A stretch of 64,000 bases of DNA from Bigelowiella natans CCMP2755. Its lineage: Eukaryota; Protista; Cercozoa. The notes under the pieces are model-generated. The model saw only the letters and a program-made list of their open reading frames with translations. It had not been told where the DNA came from and ran no database searches. Position numbers and translations under genes: made by a program. Below are positions 25,865 to 38,494 of the stretch, in pieces. The stretch spans positions 91,145 to 155,144 of the forward strand of contig ADNK01002363.1 of assembly GCA_000320545.1 (NCBI GenBank). Reading direction: 5' to 3'. How positions within the stretch are numbered: position 1 is the stretch's first letter; each line of letters starts with the position of its first letter.

Positions 25865-27300
25865 TCACCCTGCATTTTGTTCCTGCGACAATTACCTCAA
25901 TTGGATGCTCATTTCACACCGACGACACGCAAGCAGTGGCCAGCCATCACACAACTTTCTCTTTCTCTGGAGATCTGGTTGATTGAGGAGGTCATGGATG
26001 AGTGTGCGTGACCCATGATCCCATGAAACGCTCCTGAGGAAATGCTTCATTCATTCATTCATTCGTTCGTTCATTCAACCGCTCCAACAGAATTGTTTCA
26101 GCGTTTCGTTCGTTCAGCTCTCCAATTGCAGCTCTCCCCATCGCCTGAACAGCACACACTGCGCTCTTTGCAGCACAAACAACACATGTGCAGTGTTGTC
26201 ATGTCCATTGTGCAATGCGAGCTTGGGATGCACGCAAGTGGGATTCGCTAAATTCGATTGTCCTTCGCTGGGCCTGCCAAGATCGTCCGTCCAAGCAAGT
26301 GCCGTGGTCGGCCGACGAGGAACAAACCTTCAAGTCTTGTTCACATGTTGCATGGGTCGTGTTCCTTCGGACGACCCGGCCGCGGACCAGCCTCAATGAC
26401 TCCAAGCAGCGTGTAGACGTATCAGCCTTCAGGAAGTTCCTTCGAAGAGCAGATCGATGCTTCACGTCGCCGCCACATTGCCGCTAATTGCGCTGCTCCA
26501 TGCAAGCTGAAATGCCATGTTTTCAAATTCCCTTCAGTCCTCACTGAAGCGAGTTCGAGGCACTGCGTTTCGCACTTTGCAAGTGTCTTGCCACACTTTG
26601 GAAGTGCAGTTTTTCATCACGTTTGTTTGTTTGTTTCAAGTTTGCAATGAATTGCACCTGGTGTTCCAATTGATTGCTAGATTGGAGAGGACAGTGGGTG
26701 AGTCAGCCGTCGTGTCACAGTCCCACGACCTAGTGATCCTTTCAATCTCTCCAACGAAGTCACTTCTTCCTCCTTGCCCTGCTAGCCTGTGAGAACATGC
26801 TTTGCTTGCCAGCAAGATTGGCAGGACTGAAAGGGCAAAACACCAAAAAAACGTTGACAAAGCACACACGCTAGCACGCTGGCACGTTCATCGCGACGAG
26901 CTAGCGCGTTACACGTGCGATGCAATGTGCACTGCACAAACGCACGTGGTCGTCGTCTCGATTGACCATGCACAACGTGTCAAAACGCAGCTGTGCTGGT
27001 GCGTGCGCAATGAACAACCCTAGATGTACATAGCAGAACCTTTGTGCATCACAGCCGCCCGTCACACCACCTCGCGCAACTGCGATGTATTGTGCGTGAG
27101 CATGCTAGCATGTATGTCTAGACGGGCCACACCGTGCTCTGGCGCTGTGAATCACGTGGCATTGTGCGTGCTAGCCACACCAACGACTGGAATCAGAAAA
27201 GCCTGTGCGACAATTCTGGTTCGGTTGCTCGATTATGCCTTCACAGGCGGGCCTAGTTGCGTTAATGGCGGACACCACACGCACATCTGTAGCTGTACTT
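25865..27300. repeat. TpA-depleted island containing a degenerate dispersed repeat copy
   Basis: Very few TA; 26552-26575 is identical to the reverse complement of 45148-45171, with gapped homology on both sides. Confidence 0.8.
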
Positions 27301-27442
27301 GATTGCGGTAGTACGGCTTTAAAAATTCGACTCGAGTTTACTGACTCAGGCTTTCAGGCTATGTTCTGATACGTTATTAGTGCAAACCTTCCGCCACGTC
27401 TCATTGTCGCAGGAAATTGTCGCACGCTGATTCACATGCATG

Positions 27443-29794
27443 CTAGGACAAGCTTCCCGTTATCACGAAGGGACTCTCAGCCGCTCTCTCATCCTTGCTA
27501 TCAGGTGTCGGGATTTTATTGGCACAAGCCATTTTTCGTCTCTTCTTCGGGTCATTCTCCTCACCTCCCTTCTTTTCTTCAGGCTTATAAAAATCAGTGA
27601 TGCGGAATTCAACAGCAGATGGAGCATTCCCCTCTCCCATGACATCCATACCTACAGCATCATCCTCTACTTCATCTGCTTCTTCAATTTTCCCACTAAC
27701 TTTGATTCTCTTCATCATCCGCCTCTTTGGGTTTTTCTTCTTCGTTTTCTTCGCTTCTTGTGAGGGACAACAGGGTGAACTTGTTTTGTTCACGATTTCG
27801 CCCTCCCTCTCTTCAATAGATTCTGCTGCTAATGCCATGATGGCGTCTTTGTTGAACATCCTCTTGTGGAGAACGCCAGATTCCCTTCGGTGGAGACGGT
27901 CATAATCCTCGTCATTCTCGGTGCTGTCTGCTTCGCTACGACGGGACTTCAGTCTGCCTTCCTCTCGAAGTATGCTGGAGGCTATATCATCGTACAATTT
28001 CAAGGAAGAAAGACTCCCAGCCTTACTAGAATTATCTTGCCGCTGCCGTAGCTGTTGCTGCTGTTGCTCCATGCCTTGAGCGAGGCGCTCACGAGCATCT
28101 TCTCGAAAGCTCTCTTCCTGCAGTTTGTGTAGGAATGAAAGCTCGGCAGCACCAACCTTATCACCATCATTCATTTCCTCAATGACATTACTGTTATGAA
28201 GATCTGAAGTATTATCATTGCTGATGATAGCCCCAGCTAACGCCGCCTTGAAAGGGTTAAATCGAGTGTCCAGCTTGATTCCAAGAGGTTCCACTGCCTG
28301 CTGGAGAGCTTCATCAGTATCTTGGCTGCTACCACCATCACTATCCTCAGAAGAGTGAGGCTGGTATTTCAGCTTCTTCATGCTTTTCAAGTTCTTCTCT
28401 CCTACCTCTCCGGGAAAACTAGCATCACTTGGATGTTGATGCTTGCGTTTATGCTGTATGTTGTTGTCGGTGACACTGGTCCCCTTTGCGGCAGCCCCCA
28501 CTCCCTTGCGCACCAATCGTCTTCCGTCCAGGACCTCTAGCGGACGATCTTCCCCCCCTCGATGAGTGAGCTGATGAGGTGGGTATGAGATGAAGCAGTC
28601 CTCTATTTCATTCCCACGGAGATTTAGATTGCGTAAGCTCTGAAGAGACTCGGCACACTTGCAGTGCGGTCGAGATCTGTGGCGGCGATGGCGGCTGTTG
28701 GACTGGTCGTTTTCGTACGTGTTGCGGCATCTGCACAACAGTGGGCCTAGAGACTCGACGGATTCAAGCTGGTTATGTCCAAGGTCAAGCAGTTTTAGAT
28801 ACTGTAAACCTTTTAGTGCCTCGGGGACGTTCCTGATACTGTTGCCTGTTACCTTGAGCTCCTGCACGTTTGGTAGCCGCTGCAACGCGCCAGGATCCAT
28901 CGTTGATATCTGGTTGTGTGACAAAGAGAGCTTTCGAATGAAGCGACCTCCTCCTCGTCGGATGAAATCGAGAGTCGATATGTTATTCCGAGATAGTACC
29001 AGCGTCGATAAGTCAGGGCACATACCGAGGCCCTTTACGTCTGTAACCGTGTTGTCTGTAGCAATAAAGGTTCGCAAGCACAGCAACTTTCCGACATCTA
29101 CTTGTCCGGACAACCGACAATTGCTTAGAATGAGAGTCTGTGATTAGGAAAGAATGAATAGTGAAGGACGTTTAGATTTCTTGATTCAATATAAATGGGT
29201 TACGATTACTCTCAGTCTGGTCAGGCCACCAAGATCTTTCAGCGTAGTGACTGGGTTGCTCGCAAGATTCAATTCCGATAAACGCTTCAATTTACCGATC
29301 CAGGTCAAATCAGTTATAGCGTTACTGGTAAAGGATTAGTATTTATCAGTGCGTGGAGCATGCAGCACACATGCCCCCCCGTTCCCACAACATACTTTCG
29401 CAGGTCCAATTCCTTCAAATGTGGCATTTGGAGGAACACTTTGGTGTGCTTTGATTTGAGACCTCGGTTAGGAAGTTTGAGGCTTTTGATTTGTGCTAGT
29501 CGAAGCCCGCTTTCTTCGAGTTTCTGATGGTTGGTGTGTAAGGAAAAGCTCGTGTTCACCAAAAAAATGCATCAATACCATTTTTAGCCAATCTTCCTCA
29601 TTGTCGTCAACGGGAGATGAAGTTGCTAAATCTATCTTTGAGGCTTGTCCTATAATCCCATAGCACGCACTACTGCTGCTGTGGCAAATCGATGTCTGAA
29701 ATATCACAGCCAGGATTGACAGCACTAAGAACAATGCACACGGCGACCACGAGCGCGAGGGCGGCAGAACAGACTGTATTGATTGCTGATGCAT
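27443..29794 (-). CDS. Leucine-rich repeat (SDS22-like) protein with a long charged C-terminal tail; 4 exons
   Basis: Repeated LxxLxLxxNxI motifs (LKELDLR, LSELNLASNPV, LSTLVLSRNNI, IRKLSLSHNQI, LKLLDLGHNQL, LRNLNLRGNEI) and an LRRcap-like LEVLDG. The last exon is about 1.7 kb. Confidence 0.85.
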
Positions 29795-30060
29795 TCCAGC
29801 CAAGTCGTCTTATGATTGTTGAGCTTTCCCATACTCTTTTCCTTCCACCGTTTACAACAACACACACGGGAGCTTCTTCACGATGGATCCCCGTTGTGCT
29901 CCTCCTATCTTATCTGCTCCGTCTTTCCCTGTGCAAACTAATGCATGGGGAGAAACCCAGCACCAGGGATTGTTGCAATTAAAACTACTACTAACTTTTC
30001 GGTGACTAGCGACTGTTGAGATATTCATATATTATGGATATTCTTCGGACTAAAAATAGA

Positions 30061-30636
30061 CAAGATGGCGCCCCGGATCATCTTGAGCACTTCAACTTGT
30101 TTTCCACTTTGATGATTCAACTGTGTGTCTGTGGTGACCCGTCAGCAGCACTCGATCATTGAATGTTTTGTCTGCAGCAGCATGGCTAGATGGGTGCGGC
30201 TGGGGACCGATCGCTGTGCACCAGTCTAGCAGTCTATCTAGCGCGCAGCTAGTGCGTGAACCTGCTAGGAATGGCTCTTCATTTGGCACCCTGCTCGCGT
30301 GCGCGCGCGGGGACAAATGGACGGTGCGTCCGGCACACGTCCTGGACGTTGCAAGGACTAGAGATTGTTTGGTCTCGTTTTGCTGAAATGAAAAAGAGCT
30401 AGAGAGTCATGGACACATTGCACCAGTGCACATGCTAGCATGGACAATGACATGATGTGACTGCCAGACAAGCTAGCAAGCTAGCAAGTGACATGCTGTC
30501 GTGTGCATGTCTCACACATGATCGACATGTCTAGATGCGCATTGCCATGTCATGTCTAGCCATGCGCACACGTGGCATTCCGGCATCATTGTGTCCATTG
30601 CATGCATTGCGTGTTTGTGCGTGCATGTCTAGCTAG

Positions 30637-30675
<39 letters not shown>

Positions 30676-30900
30676 CGCGCACATGCACGTCACATCAATT
30701 GTCTCTAATCCAATGAAATGCACGGGGTCTGCAAATTGGTGTCCCATGCATCAGCATTTTGACCAAGCTACATTACGATCAGAACATTTGTTAGTCTTTT
30801 GTTAAGTTCATGTTGCCCATCACAATGCAGCATGAATAAATGGTACTCAATTTGCACTCCATGCAGAAACTCCATGTGTAATGATGCATGCTAATAATCT
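30061..30900. other. TpA-depleted, CTAG-enriched intergenic island
   Basis: 14 of the 15 TA in 30061-30700 are in CTAG. Confidence 0.85.
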
Positions 30901-30983
30901 CCTTGAAATCACACTACCGCACTCATTGCAACATTGCAGCCTAGTTGTCGTAATATTTGGACTCATTTTCCTCTTGTTTGACC

Positions 30984-32431
30984 TTATTCTCCTGGTGGAG
31001 TAGGCAGTGTTGCAGATCCTTCCTCGTCCTCGAAAAGACCTGTGAAGACAATACTTAAATACATGTCTATAATGATGCAGAGCTTTCTTCCCTCCTCCTT
31101 TAACCTTCTCCACAAGGCTCTTTTCCTTCTATAAAGATTTTGCGAGTCCCCACCCCCTTCCCCCCCCCCCCCTCTTTCTCTCTTATTCCACCCCCCCTCT
31201 CCTCTCTCCCCTCCCGGAACAACACTCACCCTTCACTTTAACTTTTCCTTTTTGTGTGAGTCCAAGTTCAGTTTGCATTCCTAAATTCAAGTGTATTTTT
31301 GTCATCTATTTATGAGGATAATTACCATCTGCAGCAACTTATATGCAAGAAGACAATATTTCACGGCGATACGAAAGATTGTTTAAATTTGTGTCTTGAT
31401 TACACATAAAGTTGTGGGGTCAGAGATTTGGTTAGTACGATTTTTATCAGTACAGTGAGTACTTTCAATCTCCTCAATGTCACCCTCTACGTAGACATCG
31501 GTCACAGTACCATCTTCATTTGTTTCCATCTTGAGTACGAAAGAAAAAAAAAGAAGAAGAAGAAGAAGAAAACACCAAATATAAATTATAAAGTGGAATC
31601 ACAGTTGCTTTACTGCCTACGTTGTTATGGAGTTGTAGAATTATTGCGGTAACATTCACCTTAATTCTGAATTCTTCTTCTCTCTCGCCGTTCTTGAGAA
31701 CGAAGTATCCTGTGGTCGTACATTGCTGCCTCAGTCGATTAAGAGTGTTGGTGATAGCAGCGAGAGAAACAACAGACGGACGGATGGGAGAGCTTGTATG
31801 TTAATATAAGTTGCGGTGTGTTGAACAGTGCGGTAAGCTATGAGGTGAAGAAACCCTCCTCATTTTATACAATAAAATATCCATATCTATCGTCATCATC
31901 ACCACTATTAGTTGATGGTTTTTCTGCTCATCATTACCATTGTTTTTTTTCACAATAGTCTTCGTAGTTATGAATCGATATCGCTACAGAATCTAGTTAA
32001 ATTAGCCACCACCAACCTGCTGCTGGCGATGTTAAGGAGAGAAGATACCTATTCGAAGAAACAACCCGTGGGTACTAATACAGCATGATGATAACTAATG
32101 GAAAAACAAGGAATTCCATAAGGAAATGAGAAGGGTGGAAAGTTTCGGTGAAAAAAAAAGTGGTTAAATAAGTTATCAACTATTCTACCAGGCATTCCCG
32201 CCTTTGTCTGGGAGAACGGTGCTGAGAATATGTAATAAATAGTGATCATTAGGCTGTTAATAATCAACGCGTATCCCCTCCCTTTAATTTCGCATATACA
32301 CAACACGCTAACATATCCTACTGATAAATTGATGACCAAACTCTGATATCTACTTGTGCTTAATGTACACATCGTCCCCTCCTCTGCTTGCTCTAACATA
32401 GGCACTACTGCCCATCCATTACTAGTGTGTG

Positions 32432-32462
<31 letters not shown>

Positions 32463-34110
32463 AATTACAACAACAACTACTTACTACTTTACCTAAGCAC
32501 CAGGCCCAGGGAAAGGAAGGAAAGGAAGGTGAACGCAGTGATGAATGCAGCCTAGTATTATTATTATTATTATTAGTAGTAGTAGAAGTAGTAAATGTGA
32601 GAATGATTATGGTTTTTGAAAAAAACAACGTTATCAATTAATTTTCGATAGTAGCTTGAATCTAGGCTCATAGCATGCACGCATAGTAATATCAACATAT
32701 GATGACACATACGAATGCGGGCTCTATGAAGCGACGTTTGACATTTCTCATAATATACAATGAATACGCACACATATTTTTGTTAAAATGTATTATCTTT
32801 TCTTAAGCATTATCTCTTCTTATTTTAACTTGTAGCATTGCACCTGGCCACGGTTGCTTGCATACTTCCCCGAGAAGGTAATAATTTCACCCCTATCCTT
32901 AACAGCGTAGTTATATCTAATTGCAACGACAAGTAAAGAGGAGCCTTTAGTTCAACGATAAAATCGGAATGAACACAAGGAGAAAATTAATCGCTCTTAG
33001 AGTGATTAAAATCTTACTAACTTTAGCATATACTGGAACAACTGCCTTGCGACCACGTCTGTTTCAACTCCATTCTAGGTGTGATAAAATAATAATAGGT
33101 GATGACTGATTGTACAATCTCTGGGTTTTCGTTAACAGGTTGAATGCTCGTTGTTATAGATCATGGGGCAGAATCATATTGTGCATTTTTATACTGGGGC
33201 TTTCGGTCCTGCTACTTCGAAAGTTGCCTAATTTATAGGGATAATACAGAAATTCTTCATTTTCAAAAGTAGTATCACATTAATGTCAATAAGCTGTGAT
33301 GTATTTTATTTTTCTTTTATACACTTTCCGCCCTCCTCTTTATCATCATCTTTATATTGTTTTCCTTGTATAATTCTAGTCTTCGTTATATTGGTAAAAC
33401 TGAAATAAGTCTAACCCTCTTGATATTCGCTTTCGGCGCCCTACACAATTCGGTAGAAGAGGCTTCAGCAATATGATAATGGTGAAATAATGATTGGGCA
33501 AAGAGGTTTGGAAGGGATTTGTTTTTCACTTTATTTTTATTACCTTTTAATCTGAGACCATACTCCAGGAAATGCGAGCAAGAATAATCCAAGGGCTAGC
33601 AAACATATACATCATCACCGGAAGTCAGAAGTGGGGAAATGGAAGAAGAAGAGGGTAACAAATGCTGTACTACAAGGGTATGCGGCTTTCGGGATATCTC
33701 GCGATTGCACTGATTCGACTGCAGCCAAAGCTTCTGATAAAATTAGAAACATAACATCTCATCAACAAGCGTGATTATGGAAAGCGGCATTAGTTTATGC
33801 TCATATTACCGTGTGCAGTCAATAATGGACCCGCAGATGCTACTGCAGCTGCTGTTGCAAGGGAAGTAAGTGACTTGGTAAAAGGAGTTACTCTTTCAGG
33901 CGTCTTTGGAGGACTTTGGACGGAGCTGTGCCCGTTTCCCTGACCGATCGTTGCCCTTGACCTCATACCATTTAAAAGGGCCGTTCTCATCCCGTACCGC
34001 ACAGCTCTGTGGGCATTCGAAACTGAGCTAGACCTTGGAATCTGCCGAACACGAGGGGCCCCTTCTACTAAGCCAAAAAAAGCAAAAATTGCAAGTCCTA
34101 ATCCTCTCAT
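30984..34110 (-). CDS. CCB1: Cofactor assembly of complex C subunit B (CCB1), cytochrome b6 heme ci attachment factor, bipartite plastid leader
   Basis: Spliced peptides SLGLFLLAFPGVWSQIKRAPKANIKR, VARQLFQY, YAVKDRGEIITFSGKYASNRGQ, LTSPAAGYFVLKNGEREEEFRIKM and VYVEGDIEEIERMQTELGLTQKGKVKVKGLFE match the plant/algal CCB1 pattern. N-terminus MRGLGLAIFAFFGLVEG is followed by an R/S-rich transit-like peptide. Confidence 0.9.
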
Positions 34111-34512
34111 AATGTGGTAGGGTTCGGCGTAGAGGGTTTGTGGTCGTGTGGTGGGGATAAGTAGTTCCCTTATTAATTCTACTTATATTGTAGACATAGT
34201 AGATCTATTAGGAAACAAGGGCAATGCAGAATTCAAGTCGTCTTTAAGAAACGCAACACCGACAACATTGTCGTCCTCTCAAAAACGGCAACCTATGAGG
34301 AATGAGGAAGAAAACTCGGGGAAAACTCAGGGGATTTATTATTCCATATTGCTAGTAATGCTCCTGACATCAATAATGCAAGTCAATATCATCATAGATC
34401 TAGTCAATATTTCAACAAAGACAAAAGAAATCTCGAGAAATGGACGACGGACAGACACACACGGACGGACAGAAAGAAAGACGAAAATAAATAGTAAGAG
34501 CAGCGTGTAAAA

Positions 34513-35155
34513 ATGGGTTCCTCATTCTGCCGGTGGGTCGTAGTAACCGTAATTCGCTCGAAACATGGGTTGCTCTGAATCTTCGTCGTCGTATCTCCAT
34601 TGCATTATCGCCCATCGTCGCGCTTGCCTGAACATCATCTTACCATAAGATAATATCATGATAATTGCATCATAACACCATCATTACATTGTATCTTTGT
34701 GCAAATTCTAAACTTTTTCTTTTCTATTGACACTGATGACAATCTACAGCCCGTATAGCAAAACAAATTGGAATACGATTCTAGGCTTCGGCTCCCTACT
34801 CAGCGAGGTAGATTGCTTATCTCTGTAGCTGCCAATTCTGCTACTGCCTACATACTGTATGGTTTGTCGTCGTCATCGTAGTCATCGTCGTGATCGTCGT
34901 AATCGTCTTTGTCCTCATACATTTCTTCTTTCCTCCTCAAGAACCACTTTAACTTAACATTGCAACTTCAATGCTGCTGCTGCTGCTGCTGCTGCATCTG
35001 CTGCTGCTACTCGCATGATTGTGGTAGAAATCTGCAAAAGGATCGTTTCCCTCGTTAAGAAATTTTCGACTTGCAAAACTACGGTGAAACCTCCTCCCCA
35101 TACGCGTATATAATGTACACGCCTGTGAACCCAGTCACAAGCTCACGTCACACAA

Positions 35156-35198
<43 letters not shown>

Positions 35199-35601
35199 TA
35201 TTGGCATGGAATTCAGCTCGGTCCATTCTGTTTCTTGTGATGGCTTCATTTTTACACATCATACAGGGGATGGAAACGTGTATTCGCACACCCCGCAGCT
35301 ATCTTCTTTGAAAGGTGGTGTGCAATTACTCTATGGCAAAGAAATCATCGCATAAAGATATCATCATATTGCTGTTTTATTTCATACAGAGGCATAGCTC
35401 GGATGGAGTCGCGAGAGATCGCAAGTCTATCCATAGAGCCAGCTCACACAGCAGCTCATTTAGATAATAGCAACGATGAGAAAAGAAGACTTGAAGGCGA
35501 GAAAAAAGAGGGGGGGTTCCAATTTATTGTCGCCCTCTTCGAAATACCAAGCTCCGAAGTAGTAGTACCCAGCATATATTTCTTCACAAACAACGCGCTG
35601 C

Positions 35602-35676
<75 letters not shown>

Positions 35677-36035
35677 GCACGCACCGCTAAATTTAAAATT
35701 ATTCAAAATTGATATTGATGTTGCAGACCGCTAAATAGCTCCAACGTGCTGTCTATCTTTCTGATTATCTGTTTGTCTATCTTGATGTCAAGATGCCACA
35801 CTTCTACGAAAGAGAAGAAGAATTCAACGTAGTCACCGTGCAGGTTGTGTTACCTTTACTTCCCTCGAGGAGGAGGAGGAGGAGGAGGGAAGAGGAATTT
35901 TAATTCATCCAAAAGACAAGATGTTTCCAAGTCAAAAGATCCTGAATCGATGATTTTCGTTAAACGAAAATATGCAACTTAACTTTTAGTATTTTCCAAA
36001 TCTCTTGAATAATTTAATCTCCTGTTTTCCTATGA

Positions 36036-36067
<32 letters not shown>

Positions 36068-37274
36068 ATTGGCGTATTCTACATGACCTCATTACCATGT
36101 TTGATCTGTCCTGTCTTTATGTGCTGTCACAATGACATACAAGCAACTCATCATGAGTATCACATACCCAACTCACGATGTTTTTATTGTTTCTTATCTC
36201 ATTGTTTGTTGCTACGAAATTGAGCCAGGCAGAAGAGCTTGGCAAGAGAGGAGAGGTAGTAAGGAAGACAAATGCTTTAGCATGTTCAAGAGGAACAGGT
36301 AACTCAAAATATTACTTCATATTACTTCTATCGTGTGAATGGAACTATGAAAGGGGTGGGGGAGCTATGGGTGTATTCATAAACTTATCATTAATTGTTG
36401 ATACGCGTTGATTGAGGCAGATGAACAGTTCATTAAGAGATGGGGCAGAAGTCATTTTGAAGAAAGGTATGTCTGATGAAGTAGTAGTCAATGGAACAAG
36501 AAAGAAAACTAAAGAGACGGGGATGGAAGTGTGTCTTCTTCTTCGCTAGGAGTAGAATCTGCATGTATACACGAACAAACATTACATAATATTGCAAGAT
36601 ATGTGGCCAACGGTATCGACTCCATCTGGAATTTTACGGGAAAGATTCTTCCCTGCAGGGTATTATTGATCTTACTGGTGACGAACCTTGAAAATAGTGT
36701 GGCGTGTGAGGATGTCTGCTTTTTTACGGCATTTGATCACATGAGATATATCACTAATTTAAATGTATATGTTTATGTGCGTAATTTTTATATATCTATG
36801 TATATTTATATAAAATAGGTCTACTTGCGACACTGCATCTTAGCCGTTTCGAAACAAGGACAAGTAAAATTCTATAGAACGTTGTTACTGTGAAATTGAA
36901 CTTCATCTTTGTTATTTCCGTGGTATCTATCCACCGAAAGAAGTCCGTGTATGTGTGCCGACACTATGAATGATGGCTTTCTGAATTGAAAGAATATTTC
37001 GTCTCATCCAGTCAACTTTGGACGATTTCTTGGACAACACGTACCTCTTCGACCGGAAAACTACTGTAATGTTTCCAACGAAATGATTACGATTAGTGTT
37101 GCAAATATCTTAATACAACCACTCTGTGAGGTCAGCACAAATCATGTCTTCTGTGCAAGTGAAAAATATGCTGATTGAAAAAATTACGTACAGATTCGAA
37201 AGTATTTGGACGAGAATCCAGAAATTATGAAGGAGAAACCTCCCCCAAGCCTTGCTAAAAGGTATAATGGATAG
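34513..37274 (+). CDS. Conserved plant/algal protein with a gamma-glutamylcyclotransferase-like N-terminal motif (multi-exon)
   Basis: Spliced TILGFGSLLSEKSAKGSFPSLRNFRLAKLRGWKRVFAHPAAIFFERGIA...REIASLSIEP...FYEREEEF...ILPCRVYLRHCILA...FLDNTYLFDRKTT...PPPSLAKRYNG*. GFGSL resembles the GGCT-fold YGSL loop. Confidence 0.8.
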
Positions 37275-37329
37275 CGCAAACCTATTTATGCTCCTTGCTT
37301 CGTTTAAATTTTACGAGTTCCTTGAGTTA

Positions 37330-38400
37330 ATGATGGGCATGTTTTGACAGTTCCATGCTAGCATGTGTGCACATGGCAGCAGCACATATGTTCACATTGA
37401 TGTGCGACACTGCGGTATGGCGTTGTGTGTTGTGCACGAGGCATGCTAGCATGTTCATGCATCTAGGCATGTGTAGCATCGCGCACATGCACACATTGTA
37501 GACCATACTAGACAATGCTGATGGTTTTTGAGGTCCTGATCGACACATGGGTACATGCAGCGAGCAGTACATGTGTGCGCGATGTCACAACGATGCGCAT
37601 GTCTAGCTATTGTGGACAGTCGTGCACGCGAACATCGCATCATGGCTGGCATGTGCATCAGAAAATCATGAAGCATTCGATTCTCATGCCTTCTTCGATC
37701 GGTGTTCTAGCATTCTCAACATGACCATGATGTTGCATGTCCATTATGGTGTCGACAGTGCGGCGTAGCTTGCTAGCTTGGTGCATGGTGGTGCTACCTG
37801 TCTAGCTACCTGCGTCTGCACGAGCACCGCAAGTTCATGGGTGCGGGATGATCTCTGTTTCTTTTCAGTTTTGTTCATCATTGTTGTTGCAATTGCCGCG
37901 GTTGACGAACACACTAGCACAGCACACATTCCTAGATTCATTGAATCATTGAATGCATGCAGAATTTGTGTCCATGTTGACGCATGTTGTGTGTGCTGGT
38001 CACAATCAGCTACATGCAGCCAGCGAGCAATGCAATGCACATGAAGATGCATGTGTCCTAAGTGTCGCAGATGTGTGCACAGTTGCAGGACACACCGTGG
38101 TCAGTGCACGTGAACGCATTCAACACAAAAGGTTGGATGCAACTATGATTGTTACTACGACACGAGGGTCGCTACACCTGTCGCACAGCACTCACAACAC
38201 GAGCACTGTGTCTGGCCGAAAGATGAGTAACAAATTTCTCATTCATTTTGTTGCGGTGATATCGCCAATAAGAAATCTTTCATTCTATGAGTCCATATAC
38301 GTGTACACGCGTAGAACACATGCACATGCCACATGGAAGAGAGGGTCTGAAGATGTACGTCACATGAGAGAAGATGCATAACTGCTGTGAAGGGCAAAGA
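37330..38400. other. CA/TG-rich, partially TpA-depleted intergenic island
   Basis: Dense catg/tgca/ctag between convergent 3' ends (37274 and 38495). Confidence 0.75.
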
Positions 38401-38494
38401 AAAGGACTTATGGTACAGGTGTTGACGCTGCTGAAACGAGGGAAAGCACCTTTCCCTTGAATTGGGATTTCATTTTGTTCAATCTATTTGAATG

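Noticed and set aside
25410-26011. Poly-V/S/L ORFs (likewise poly-M/Y/H/CV ORFs throughout the window)
   Set aside because: Translations of microsatellites.
25865-27300. CpG-methylation decay or RIP as the sole cause of the CA/TG excess
   Set aside because: CpG stays abundant and TA is depleted; neither process removes TA, and RIP would raise it.
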